A DNA stretch of 64,000 nucleotides, from the NCBI GenBank assembly GCA_965206595.1, contig OZ242214.1, forward strand, positions 3,392,001 to 3,456,000. Direction: 5' to 3'. This document shows, piece after piece, positions 1 through 10,639 of this stretch. A program made the position numbers and the translations under genes. How positions within the stretch are numbered: position 1 is the stretch's first letter; each line of letters starts with the position of its first letter. The notes under the pieces are model-generated. The model did no database searches and had not been told where the DNA came from. It saw only the letters and a program-made list of their open reading frames with translations. This stretch comes from Candidatus Latescibacterota bacterium (GTDB lineage Bacteria > Latescibacterota > UBA2968 > UBA8231).

Positions 1-117
1 GCAGGCGGCAAGACCCAACAGTCCGGATAACAGCGCGCGCGCCGCCAGGGACAGCCCGGCAGGGCCTGTGGGGGGCGGCTCCGGTTCCGAATGCTCGGGG
101 GAGGAAGGTGTGGACAC
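1..117 (-). CDS. 5' part of a probable lipoprotein, running off the window edge
   Basis: Hand translation from GTG at 117 gives MSTPSSPEHSEPEPPPTGPAGLSLAARALLSGLLGLAAC: a hydrophobic stretch ending in lipobox LAAC at the edge. Confidence 0.4.
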   Translation of the reverse strand, partial: MSTPSSPEHSEPEPPPTGPAGLSLAARALLSGLLGLAAC

Positions 118-148
118 GGTGGCAACTCGAACAGCAGAGTGGGCGATC

Positions 149-177
149 AAGATAGAGGCCCCCCCGGCGGTGGTCAA
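149..177 (-). promoter_or_regulatory. putative sigma70 promoter for the edge lipoprotein gene
   Basis: Minus strand TTGACC-17 bp-TATCTT. Confidence 0.35.
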
Positions 178-205
178 GCTGTGGTCAGGGCTTGAGTTAG
201 GGCCC

Positions 206-3200
206 TCAGCGCAGGAGCAGCAGGCGCCGTACACGGGTTCCCCGCGCGGTCGCCAGGGCGGCGAAATAGACCCCCGAGGCGACCGTTTCCCCGGCGTCGT
301 TCTCCCCTCCCCAGACGGCGCGGTGGGGCCCGGGGGGCCGCGTGGCCGACACCAGGGAACGCACCTGCTGGCCAAAGAGATTGTAGATGACGAGTTCGAC
401 CCGCTGAGCGCCAGGCAGCTCGTACTCCAGCACGGTCTCCGCGTTGAAGGGATTGGGGCGGGGCGGGTGCAGACCGAGCTCGAACCCCGCGTAGAAGTCG
501 GCCAGGGCCTTGGCACCACTTTGCAGGTGCGCGGCCAGCGACTCGGCGTCGGCGATGTCGACCGCGCCGTCGCGGTTTATGTCGAAAGGGGTCGGCGCCG
601 GGTCCGGGGTTCCCCGCATGTGATCGGCGAGTGCGAAGAAGTCGTCGAGGTCGACCTTGCCGTCCCGGTTGAGGTCGCCGCGCAGCTCGAGCCGCAGGTC
701 GACGGACTCGGCCAGCTCGAGGGTATCGGCGAGGCCGGCGGCGAAGCGAAAAACCGCCTTCCTGAGCAGAACCCGCAGGTCGGTGACGCCGACCTGGCGG
801 CTAACCCGGAACTGTAGATCCCCCAGCGCGCCGTCGCCGCTGATGCCCGCCTGCAGAAGCGGTCCGGTTGGAGACACCGCCACCCTCGCCTTTCCCTCGG
901 CGATCTCGTCGCTGATGACCAGGGCCCCGTCCTCCGGCAGCAGGCCGCCGGGGGCGACGCGCAAGCCGGCAAACTCCAGGGCAGCGGCGGTGTAGGCGAC
1001 CTCGAGGACGATGCCCCGCACCTGGTGCGCCCCCTCGAGACGGACCGGAACCCCGAAGAGGTCACCGGGCCAGGCGTCGATCTCTCCCTCCTCGGCCGCC
1101 TGCAGGTGGAAGCGGGCCGAGACCGGGGCGCGGCCTGCGAGGCTGACCGGGGCGCGGCCTGCGAGGCTGACCGCGACGCTGCGCGCTTCGGCGAGGTCGG
1201 TCTCGATCAGCAGTTGCCCCCTCGAGTGTCCGAAGCCGCTGGGAGCGAACTCCACCCTCAGGGTCGCGGTCTCTCCGGGGGCGAGCCGCTGCGGGGGGTC
1301 GACGACGCGGAATTGAGGGTCGTTTGTGGTTGCGGACAGGATCCGCACGGCGCCGCTGTGGAAGTTGCCGAGCTCGAGCTCCCACACCGCGGTCCGCCCT
1401 ACCGCGGTCTCCGCGAACTCGTGGGCGTCGGCCCCGACCGTCAACAGCGAGCTGACCCCGAAGCCGCTGTACGGCAGCACCCACACCGGATTCGTCGGGT
1501 CGTTGGTGGAAAAGCGGAAAACTCCCTCGACCTCGCCGTGCTCCCTGGGGCGGAAGAGGACCTGAATGGTTGCGGTTTCTCCCGGCGCCAGGGTAAGCGA
1601 CCGCGGGGTGACGATCAGCTTCCGGTTCCCGGTGAGAATCTTCGAGATGCGCAGCTCCAGCTCGCCGCTGTTCGTCATCACCAGCTCTCTCGTCCCCAGG
1701 TCTCCGGCGCGCACCCTGCCCAGATCGAAGCGGGGCGGCAGGTCGAGCTCGGCGCGCCCTCCGGAGCCGCTGAGATCGACCCGGGCTTCGGGTAGCTCCG
1801 GATCGTCGGTGCTCAGGACCAGGCTGGCGGCGAAGCGACCGGCGGCGGAAGGCTCGAACAGCACCGGCAGCACCATCGCCCCACCCGGAGCGACGGCGCT
1901 CCGGGGTATTTCTCCGACCGCGAAGGCCGCCTCCCCCTCTCCTTCCACCCGCGCCTCCAGCAGCGTCAGAGGAACGGTCCCGGCGTTCTCGACGACGAGC
2001 TGGCGGTCGCGCCTGCCCCCGACCCACTCGGTGCCGAAATCAAGGCCCTCCGGGACGGCCACTTCCGGGGCGAGTCCGACTATCTCCACCTGCTGTCGCG
2101 CCAGGACGGCGCCGTCCGCCCCTAGCCAGCGCCACTCTACGGCCTGGGGCCCGCGCCGGACAGCCGAGAAGGGAACCGCTACCTCCCTGTGCTCCCCCGG
2201 CTCGAGCTCGAACGGCCCGACCTGCGAGCGGGGGCCTTCCAGGGTCACGTCGACCGCCAGCGGGCCGTCGTTCCGCACCACTGCGGTGCGCGTCGCCTTC
2301 ACGCCCAGCGGCTGGTCCCCGTAGGCCAGCACCTGCGGCCAGACCTCGATGGACGGCCGCGGCGACGCCACGCGGATCAGGCGACCGCCGCGGTCGTCCC
2401 CTTCGAGAACGAGGATGGCGCCCGACGCTTCCGCGGCGATGTCGAGTATCGACGGCGCGAACCCGGACGCTACCCTCTCGAGGGCTCCGTTCCGGAAGCG
2501 GTAGAGGCGGCCGGCCTCGGTCGCGGCGAACACCGTCTCTCCGCGCTGGTCGATGGCTGCCGGCCGCTCCGGCAGAATGGCGAGGAGCTGCCGCTCTTCC
2601 GGGCCGGCGACGGTGCTGTTCCCGTCGATATCCTCGAGCTGCCGCAGCTCCCGCGTCGGGCGGTGGGCGGCGAGCAGGACCCCCTCCCGGTTCGACGACA
2701 GGAACGCCTCGCCGGGTGGAAGGAGCGTAAACTCGACGACCTCCGGCTTCCCGCCGCCCCGGTAGTGTCCGGCTCGGCGATGCCGCGCACCGCCAGCACC
2801 TGGCCGCCGGGATGGTGGACGAACAGCTGGCCGGCCCCGTTCGCGGCCAACGCGTCGGCGCCGGCCAGCGCGAGCGGCAGCGGCAGGTAGAGGGGCGGGC
2901 CTTCGGGGTCGAAGGCGATCAGCGTCAGCGGGTTGGCGTCTCCGAAATCCGCCGGCGTCCCCACCACCAGCCCGCGTCCGGACGGACCGTCGACGACCGC
3001 GGTGGCGAAGCGGGAGGAGGCGAACTCGGCGAAGCGGCGCGAGCCGGCGCCGGGGGGCACCTCGAGCAGTCCGCCGTCGTGGCTGACCAGCACCCTGCCG
3101 TCGCCGTCGAATCCGAAGTCGCCGTTGCCGGCGACGGTGGCGATCGCTCCGTCGGCGGCGACCGCGCGGACCAGGTTGAAGCGCTCGTCCGCTATGTAGA

Positions 3201-3396
3201 GGAGGCCGTTCGCCGACAGGACGTCCAGCGGCAGCACACTGGCGTCCAGCGCCGGCCCTCCTTCACCGGAACCCCCTCCGGCGACGACCTGCAGCGGACC
3301 GATGTCGAACAGGTCGGCGGCGGCCGGCGCGGCGCTGCAGAAACTTGCGATCAGCGCCGCTGCCGGCAGCGTACGGGAGAGGCGGAACCTGCTCAT
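206..3396 (-). CDS. large secreted protein (~1063 aa if corrected): signal peptide, NHL-like propeller, ASH/choice-of-anchor-D Ig repeats, cohesin-like, dockerin/EF-hand, FlgD-Ig C-terminus; one frameshift near 2757-2760
   Basis: MSRFRLSRTLPAAALIASFCSAAPAAA signal at 3396. Adding one G to the G4 run at 2757-2760 joins it to ORF 206..2533. Repeats such as 'LDFG...V.N.G..PL', 'GDLNRDGKVDLDDFF', and 'PNPFNAET...GVYF'. Confidence 0.75.
1121..1173. repeat. 24-bp perfect tandem duplication (SLAGRAPV x2)
   Basis: gaccggggcgcggcctgcgaggct at 1121-1144 and 1145-1168. Confidence 0.9.
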
Positions 3397-3721
3397 GTGA
3401 CACCAGCCTGTCGGGGTAATGCACCGTATTCCGAATCTCACCGTCCGCCAGCGGAAAAACAACCAGTGCCCCCCGGCACGGGTAATCACCCCTGACCAAG
3501 GCTTCGGCCGACTTCGGGACCATCGCCCGGGCCGCCGACAACGCCGGGGACCGACGGCCGGCCGAAGACCTGGGGGCCGGATCCGGCGACGGCGCGGCCG
3601 CCTGCACGGCGAGCCGGCCTGCGTCCTCCGCACGGATGATCCGCAACTGGTGTTTGCGCGCCATTTCGCTGAATTCGCCCGCGCCCTGGCATCCTACCCG
3701 GCCTGCGCGCGAAGGTATCAA

Positions 3722-4996
3722 CTAGTCTTCCGCCGCAGCCGAAGAGACGGCCCCCCCGGAAGGCCGCGCGGCGCCGAGCACCGGCGCCGCCGCGGCGCTG
3801 ACCACGGCGCCGAAGCCCATGCGCTGCCGGATCTCGGTGATCGCCCGCCCGAGCCGGCGCTGCCTGCGCTCGGCCTCCTCCTCGAACAGGTCGAGCTGTC
3901 CCGAATCCCTGCCCGGCCGGCTCGCCGAGACCCGGATCGACCTGATCGCCGCGCGGCGCTGGTGCAGACCGGTGAAGAGCGCCACCGCGGCCGCGGCGAC
4001 GGCGGCGAAGTCGTCGCTGGCCGCGGGCATGGAGTGCGTGCGCTGCGCGGTGCGATTGTCGGTATAGCGCAGCTGCAGCGTCAGCCGCGAGGCGACGTAC
4101 CCGGCCCGGCGCAGCTGGTCGACGAGCTTGTCCGCGGTCAGGCGCACGGCCTGGACCAGCGTGAACTCGTCGTTGACGTCGCGCTCGAGAGTGGTCTCGG
4201 CGACGACGGCGCGGCTGCCGTGCCGTCCCGGCGCGCCGTCGATGCCGCGCACCAGTCCGTACAGCTGCTCCCCGGCGGCTCCCCCGAAGCGCCTGTGCAG
4301 CGCCGGGCGCTCGAGCGCGAGAACCTGCGCGGCCTGGTGCAGGCCGTAGCGGCGAGCGGTCTCGCGCACTCCGGCGGGAAGCGGCAGCTCGTCCAGCTCC
4401 AGGTTCGCGAGCAGCTCCGCCTCCTGGTCCGGAGCGCAGACCTCAACGCCGTCCGGCCTGGCGCGCTCGGCCAGCAGCCCGGCCAGCAGGCGGCTGCGGC
4501 TGACCGCGGCGGCGATCTCCTGCAGCCCGGTGCGCCGCCGCAGGTGGCGGGCGAGGCGCTCCCCCAGCCCGGCCCGGTCGAGATCGCCCCGGTCGAGGGC
4601 GCGCTGCGCCGGCGTTCCGGAGAGGGCGAGCGTACAGCGGGCCAGCTCGTCCAGCCGGTAGTCCGGGGTCCAGGCCGCCAGGGCGGCGAGAAGCCGCTCG
4701 AGCACGCGCTGCTCCGCTTCCTCGTCCCGCTCGAAAACCAGCGCGCGCCGCCCCAGCCGGCGGCGCAGGACGAACACCGGCTCCCCCGGCGCGACCCCGA
4801 GCTCGCGGGCCGCCGGAGAACGGGCGAACACCGAGGCGCGGTGACTCTCCTGGTTCTGGCGCACGACGACGAACGCCTTGCCGAGCAGTTCGCGGCGCAC
4901 CGCGGCGACCGCCTGGGCGGCGAACTGGTCCGCGGCGACCGCCGCGAACAGCGGCTCGGGCCGGGGCCGGGCGGCCCTAGGGGCTGCGCGCGCCAT
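3722..4996 (-). CDS. imuB: Y-family DNA polymerase-like protein (ImuB/DinB-like), probably catalytically inactive
   Basis: IMS-like fold ('SPAARELGVAPG', little-finger 'LTLQLRYTD', clamp motif 'QLDLF'). Catalytic DMD and SIDE motifs are degenerate (AADQF; LARCTL). Directly downstream of dnaE2. Confidence 0.75.
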   Translation of the reverse strand: MARAAPRAARPRPEPLFAAVAADQFAAQAVAAVRRELLGKAFVVVRQNQESHRASVFARSPAARELGVAPGEPVFVLRRRLGRRALVFERDEEAEQRVLERLLAALAAWTPDYRLDELARCTLALSGTPAQRALDRGDLDRAGLGERLARHLRRRTGLQEIAAAVSRSRLLAGLLAERARPDGVEVCAPDQEAELLANLELDELPLPAGVRETARRYGLHQAAQVLALERPALHRRFGGAAGEQLYGLVRGIDGAPGRHGSRAVVAETTLERDVNDEFTLVQAVRLTADKLVDQLRRAGYVASRLTLQLRYTDNRTAQRTHSMPAASDDFAAVAAAAVALFTGLHQRRAAIRSIRVSASRPGRDSGQLDLFEEEAERRQRRLGRAITEIRQRMGFGAVVSAAAAPVLGAARPSGGAVSSAAAED

Positions 4997-4998
4997 TC

Positions 4999-7900
4999 CT
5001 AGGCGGCCGCCGTGGCCACGTCCCCATACCTGCGCACCCCTTCCACCGACTCAGCGAGCTTTCGCGACGCCAGCTCGAAATCGATCTCGTTCGGCGACCA
5101 GTCGACCGCCCTGATCGAGTCCGCCTCGACGGTGAACGTGCCCCAGTCCTCGGTGACCCGGCCCCGGACCTCGAACGGCCCCGGCCCCGCCACGACGTCG
5201 GTACAGCGCTCGAACACGTCGGGCCAGAGCACGACGTCGGCGCTCTCCGACTTGTCCTCGATGGTCAGGAACATCATCGCCTCGCCGCGGCGCTGAACCT
5301 GGTGGACGCGGTCGGTGACGCGGCGCCCGAACAGCTTGATCCGCCGGCCGGCGTGGCGCCCGATGTCGGCCGCCGGCACCGCCCCCGCGGCCGCCGGGTG
5401 CATGTCGAGGATCTCCAGGATCTCCCCCGAGATCATGTAGCCGAGCAGCTCGAGCTCGTTGAGGCACTTCTCGGCGAGGCTGTAGTCGCGCAGCCCCTCC
5501 GGCACCGGGGGGCGCAGGGCGAGGCCGTCGAGGAGCGGCGCCGCGGCGGACGCAGCGCCACCCCGCGCCGCGGCGACATCGTCGAGCTGCCACAGCAGCT
5601 CGGGCTGAGTGAGGCCGAAGCCGTCGAGCGCCCCGACGAGGATCAGGCGCTCGATCTCCTTCTTGTGCAGGCCGGGAACGCGGTGGGAGAAATCCGGCAG
5701 ATCGCGAAAGCGGCCGCCGGCCCGCCGCTCCGCGACGACCGCCTCGAGCGCCTTCTCCCGCACCCCGCGCAGGTGCATCATCCCGGGCCGCATCAGGGCG
5801 CCGCGGCCCCGGTACCTGACGCCGGACTCGTTGACGTCCGTCGGCAGGACGCGGATGCCCCAGCGCCGCGCTTCGTTGAGGTAGACGTCGCGGCGGTAGA
5901 AACCGTGGCCGTTGCTGATCACCGCGGCGAGGAACTGCGCCGGGAAATGGGCCTTGAGGTAGGCGCACTGGAACGACAGCTGCGCGTACGTGGCGCTGTG
6001 CGACTTGCAGAAGCTGAACCCCGTGAACGAGCTGACGCGCTTCCAGAGCTCGCGCGCCTGCTCCCCGGAGAGCCCGGCGTGGTCTCCGCAGCCCTGCAGG
6101 AAGGCGCGCTCCGTGGCCCTCCAGGTGCCGTCGTCGGGCGCTCCCTCGTGCTGGCTGTTCATCATCTTGCGGATCATGTCCGCCTGCCTGAAAGAAAGGC
6201 CGGCGACCTGGTGGCAGATCTTGGTCACGTCCTCCTGGAAGGCGCAGACATCGTGCGTCTCCCGCAGGATCGGCTCCAGCGCCGGGTGCACGAACTCCCA
6301 GTCCCTGATCCCCATCTTGCGTTTGCGCTCGCGCTCGACGTAGAGCTGCGTGTACGCCGAGCCGGCCGGGCGCACGAGACTGGAGGTGATCGCGATCTCC
6401 TCGAAGGTCTCGGCCTGCGCCTTCTGGTTGAGGCGCCGCTGCGCCGGGCTCTCGATGTAGAAGACCCCCTTGGTGCGGCCCTTGCGGATGATCTCCCTGA
6501 CCCGCGGCTCGGCGTAGCACTTCTCGAGGTCCCAGACCCCGGGGTCCTCGATCCCCTGCTCGTCGATCTGGGCCAGCGCGTCGCGCAGCACCGACAGCGA
6601 GCCGTTGCCGAGGATGTCGAACTTGATCAGCCCGAGATCGTCGATGCCGTTGTGCATGTCGATCTGGGTGACGGCGCGGTTCTTCGCGCCCCCGGAGGGC
6701 TCGCAGGCGACGTGGCGGCTGATCGGGCCGTTGGTGATCAGCACCCCGCCGGGATGCTGCCCGAGGTAGCGCGGCTTGCCCTCGAGACGCCGCGCCAGCT
6801 TCCACAGCATCGCGATCTCGCCGTCCTCGATGCGCTGCGTCCGCGTCTTGCGGCTCTCGAGAATGGCGGTGACCTGGTCGTCGGTGTAGCCGAACACCTT
6901 GGCCGTCTCGCGGAAGGCGGCGCGGGCGCGGAAGTGGATGGTCGTGCCGGTGACGGCGACGCGCTCCGCTCCCCAGCGGTCGACGATGAAATCGTACACC
7001 AGCTCGCGCTCGTCCCAGCCGAAGTCGAGGTCGGCGTCGGGAGGCGAGGCCCGGTCCTCGTTGAGGAAGCGCTGGAAGTAGAGGTCGTAGCGGATCGGGT
7101 CGAGGTCGCTGACCCCGATGTTGTAGAAGGTGATCGAGTTGGCGGCGCTGCCGCGCAGGATGGTGCAGTCCGCGGGCCGGCGGTAGCCGCCGCGGAAGCG
7201 CTCGTTGGCCCAGTCGCGAATCTCCTTGACGATCAGGAAATAGGAGGCGTAGCCGAGCTTGGCGATCACCTCGAGCTCCATCGCCTGGAGCTGCCGCGCC
7301 TTTTCGCGGACCGCCGCGGAGTGGCCGCCGTAGTTGGCCTCGAGGCCGTCGGCGGCGAGCTCGGCCAGGCGGCTTTCCGGGGTGTGCCCGGAAGGGACCG
7401 CGGCGCGCGGCATGATCCACCGGTTCAGCTCGAGCTCGACGTCGCAGCCGGCGGCGATCTCCCGCGTGTTGGCCAGGGCCTCGGGGCAGTCGGCGAACAG
7501 CTCCTCCATGCGCGCCGGCGAGGCGAGCACCGCGGCGCGCGGGGCCGCCTCTCCTGGGCGGAGCCTCGAGAGGGTCGAGTTGAGGCCGATCGCGGTGAGA
7601 ACGCGGTGGATCTGCCAGTCGCCGGGGTCGAGGAAGAAGCTGTCGTTCGACGCCGTCAGCGACAGGCCCAGGGAGCCGGCGGCAGCGGCGAGCTCGGCGC
7701 TGCGCGCCCTCGTGAAGGCCGAGTTGCGGACCAGCTCCCCGAAAAGGCGGCCGCGGTTCGGCCCCGCGGCCAGGACCCGCAGCACTCCGGGGTCGGCGGT
7801 CAGCAGGAACAGGTTCGGCCACGCGCGCGCGAAGGTGCGGGCGAAGGTGAAGTCCGCGGCGGCGAGGTGGCGGTCGCTGACGATCCGGCAGAGGTCGCCG

Positions 7901-8247
7901 TACCCTTCCGCGTTCCGGGCCAGCAGCAGGACCTTGGGCCACTGCGTCTTGCCCGCGGCGCCGCGCGCCCGGTGCGCCGGGACCGGAACGCCGGAAGCCC
8001 CGCCGCGGCCGCGAACCGGCTCCCGCTCACCGGGGTCCGGCTCGGTCAGCTCGACCCCGAGCAGCGGCTTGATCCCCGCCTTCCGGCACTCGAGGTAATG
8101 CAGGATCAGGCCGCTCATGCGGTCGGTGTCGGTGAGCGCCACGGCCGGCAGCCCCAGGCTCCCGGCTCTCTCCGCGATTTCCCCGACGCCGGGAACGCCG
8201 GCGTGGAAGGAGAACATCGAGTGGCAATGAAGGGGAGCGTAGGTCAC
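4999..8247 (-). CDS. dnaE2: error-prone DNA polymerase III alpha subunit (DnaE2-like)
   Basis: PHP domain (LHCHSMFS), RGSAANS, FQRFLNEDR..PPDADLDF, KFDILG, FCKSHSATYA, C-terminal OB fold. 1082 aa and paired with an ImuB-like gene. Confidence 0.9.
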   Translation of the reverse strand: MTYAPLHCHSMFSFHAGVPGVGEIAERAGSLGLPAVALTDTDRMSGLILHYLECRKAGIKPLLGVELTEPDPGEREPVRGRGGASGVPVPAHRARGAAGKTQWPKVLLLARNAEGYGDLCRIVSDRHLAAADFTFARTFARAWPNLFLLTADPGVLRVLAAGPNRGRLFGELVRNSAFTRARSAELAAAAGSLGLSLTASNDSFFLDPGDWQIHRVLTAIGLNSTLSRLRPGEAAPRAAVLASPARMEELFADCPEALANTREIAAGCDVELELNRWIMPRAAVPSGHTPESRLAELAADGLEANYGGHSAAVREKARQLQAMELEVIAKLGYASYFLIVKEIRDWANERFRGGYRRPADCTILRGSAANSITFYNIGVSDLDPIRYDLYFQRFLNEDRASPPDADLDFGWDERELVYDFIVDRWGAERVAVTGTTIHFRARAAFRETAKVFGYTDDQVTAILESRKTRTQRIEDGEIAMLWKLARRLEGKPRYLGQHPGGVLITNGPISRHVACEPSGGAKNRAVTQIDMHNGIDDLGLIKFDILGNGSLSVLRDALAQIDEQGIEDPGVWDLEKCYAEPRVREIIRKGRTKGVFYIESPAQRRLNQKAQAETFEEIAITSSLVRPAGSAYTQLYVERERKRKMGIRDWEFVHPALEPILRETHDVCAFQEDVTKICHQVAGLSFRQADMIRKMMNSQHEGAPDDGTWRATERAFLQGCGDHAGLSGEQARELWKRVSSFTGFSFCKSHSATYAQLSFQCAYLKAHFPAQFLAAVISNGHGFYRRDVYLNEARRWGIRVLPTDVNESGVRYRGRGALMRPGMMHLRGVREKALEAVVAERRAGGRFRDLPDFSHRVPGLHKKEIERLILVGALDGFGLTQPELLWQLDDVAAARGGAASAAAPLLDGLALRPPVPEGLRDYSLAEKCLNELELLGYMISGEILEILDMHPAAAGAVPAADIGRHAGRRIKLFGRRVTDRVHQVQRRGEAMMFLTIEDKSESADVVLWPDVFERCTDVVAGPGPFEVRGRVTEDWGTFTVEADSIRAVDWSPNEIDFELASRKLAESVEGVRRYGDVATAAA

Positions 8248-8293
8248 TTGATTCAGGTGGACGGGAAGAGGGGAGACGGCCGGTGACGGTCGA

Positions 8294-8322
8294 TTGACAC
8301 ATTAAGTGCACATATGTATAGT
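8294..8322 (+). promoter_or_regulatory. near-consensus sigma70 promoter facing the HD gene
   Basis: TTGACA (8294-8299), 17 bp, TATAGT (8317-8322). An opposing TTGACA on the minus strand at 8339-8344 faces dnaE2. Confidence 0.65.
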
Positions 8323-8525
8323 TGTCTCAGTGAGGCCGTGTCAACGGAAAAAACGGCCGCTTGGTAGTTTTGACGGAATCCCCCGCGTTGGATTTCCTTA
8401 CGATGCTTTGAAGGAGTACAGGGACTTTCTCCACACCCTGGGCAACGGAAAGAGCTTGTCGCGATGGATACCGTTACCGAGGTATTCGACTGCATTGGGC
8501 AGCACGGTAGACCATACGGAAGCTG

Positions 8526-9873
8526 ATGAGCGATAAAGAGACGCAACGCATCCGCGATCCGGTCCATGGTCTTATCGTGTTCGGTGGCGGGAACGACGCA
8601 CACCAGAACGAGACGGACCGAATCGCGTGGCGTCTGCTCAATACCCGGGAATTCCAGAGGCTGCGCCGGATTCGCCAGTTGGGCTTCTCCGACCTGGTAT
8701 ATCCCGGCGCGACACACAGCCGCCTGGCGCACGCCATCGGTGTCTATCACACCGCGCGCCGGCTCATCGAGGTGATTCGCCGACGGCAGGGGAAAACGCA
8801 CGAGGACAAGGAACGGGCGCGAGTCGTACTGTTGGCGACCCTGCTGCACGACATCGGACACGGACCCTTCAGTCACGTCTTCGAGCACGCGCCCTATGCC
8901 GCGAAACGCCATGAAGATTGGGGCGCGGAGATCGTCCAGGGCGAAACCGAGGTCAACCAGGTGTTGCGAGAAGTGGACGAAGTGTTGCCTGAGCACATCG
9001 GCGCGCTGCTGAAAGAGGAAATTCCCAAGGATTTCTACGCTACCGTTGTCTCCAGTCAGTTCGACGCCGACCGGCTCGATTACGTGCAGCGGGATCGCCT
9101 GATGACCGGAGTCGAGTTCGCGCATCTCGATTTTGACTGGCTGCTCGATTGCCTCGAGGTCGGAACGATCACTATCGATCAGGACGAGCCGGTCGAGGTG
9201 CCGTGCCTGTATCTCAATTTCAAGGGAGTGCAGGTGGCGGAGGAGTACCTGCAAGCGCGCTTTCGCCTCTACACAATGGGTCTACATGCACAAGACCACG
9301 CGGGCCGCGGAGAAGATGCTCGACGCTCTGCTGAAGACAGTTACGAAGGATTTGAGAAACTGCGAATTGGCGCGCCGGGATCCGATTTTACGCTACTTTA
9401 CGTCTGAATCGCCGTCGTTGGGTTCGTATCTCGATCTCGACGATGCCGCGGTTTGGGCAACCTTGGCGGCCCTTGCCGAATCACCATCACACCCACTGGC
9501 TTCGGATCTGGCACGCCGTCTGCGAGAGCGCCGTCTTTACAAATGCTTTGATATCGGTATACAGGACAGTTCAGGCGGCAATTTGTACAACCGCTTCAGG
9601 CGCAAATTGCGTGAAAGTCATACTGAGAAGTACAACACCCTTTTATTCGACGACGCGAAGATCGCGCTCTACAAATGGTACGACTTTGCAGATTCCTCGG
9701 TGCTTAATAAGGTTCTGGTAAAAACACGCGCCGAGGATCAAAAACCAAGGGACATTGCAGATGTATCGAGCATCGTCCCTGCGCTTCGAGAAGAGGAGCG
9801 GATTCAGAGGGTTTACGCGCCAGACCAGAACCAGATAGTAGAAGTCAGGCAAATAATGGAGGAGGTCGGATGA
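8526..9873 (+). CDS. HD-domain phosphohydrolase, SAMHD1/YwfO-like dNTP triphosphohydrolase (448 aa if corrected); +1 frameshift in GGG at 9278-9280
   Basis: IRDPVHG, FQRLRRIRQLG..YPGATHSR..H, LLHDIGHGPFSH, DADRLDY..RD. Removing one G gives ARFRLYTMVYMHKTTR and joins ORFs 8526..9407 and 9133..9873. Confidence 0.85.
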
Positions 9874-10406
9874 AGGCTGAAGACATCGTGGTCAATCTGA
9901 TCATATTGAATGGCGGCGAACTGATCGGCAGGACGCGGCTGCAGAAGGAGGCATATCTTCTGGACCGCTGCGGGGCAAAATTCGGGTTGTCGTTCACTTA
10001 CTACAACTACGGCCCTTACTCCTTCGAGCTGACCGATGGATGGGAGGACGCACGGGCCGAAGGTCGGATTGAGATCGACGAAGAGCCTGGCCGCTACGGT
10101 GTCCCGTATTCGATCTTCAAACTGAAGGAATCCGGCGGCGACCCGGACGACCTGGGTGACATGTCGGCTGCGGCTGCCCGTGCGCGGCTGAGTAAGATGG
10201 CGAGGGTTTCGGACATTGTTCTGGAGCTCGCCGCCACCATCGTCTATCTGAAGAAAGATTACCGCGAGCGGACCATCGAAGAGTTGAAAATTCGCAAACC
10301 TCTCAAGGCGACAGACCCCCTGATCAAAAAAGCCACCGATCTGCTGGACGACCTCGGATTGCCGACTGACGGTACCGAGGATTCTGCAGGACCGCTTACC
10401 CACTGA
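9870..10406 (+). CDS. YwgA / Panacea (DUF4065) / DarG C-terminal-like protein
   Basis: GRTRLQKEAYLL...FTYYNYGPYS...LELAATIVYL. ATGA overlap with the HD gene. Confidence 0.7.
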   Translation: MKAEDIVVNLIILNGGELIGRTRLQKEAYLLDRCGAKFGLSFTYYNYGPYSFELTDGWEDARAEGRIEIDEEPGRYGVPYSIFKLKESGGDPDDLGDMSAAAARARLSKMARVSDIVLELAATIVYLKKDYRERTIEELKIRKPLKATDPLIKKATDLLDDLGLPTDGTEDSAGPLTH

Positions 10407-10639
10407 GAGGACTTCATCCGGCCGGCGAACCTCTTCAGGGAGGCGGCATGGCCGGACTGGAGAGCTTCTACGATCCGACCACCTGGGATCAGGAGCGGCT
10501 CGGACGGCTGGGTCGCCATCCGAGGCCTATGCGCCGCGCCGGATTTCCGAAATGCCTTCCCTGCAGGTGAGATGAGGCAGCAAGACGTTTCCTGCTACTC
10601 ACGCCTTTGAGTATCTCACGAGCCCGAAACCCGAACCGA

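Noticed and set aside
3263-3721. Small ORF between imuB and the secreted protein (MARKHQLRIIRAED...) as a possible ImuA
   Set aside because: No RecA-like motifs, no RBS, and it overlaps the next gene's start.
5051-8286. Very long alternative ORFs (963 aa, 994 aa) and similar ones such as 52229..55708, 27787..29646 and 37399..39354
   Set aside because: Shadow frames of high-GC genes; Arg/Pro/Gly-rich with no motifs.
10448-10570. 40-aa ORF with a GGAGG RBS after the YwgA-like gene, as a third component
   Set aside because: Too short, no motif; cannot be supported without homologues.
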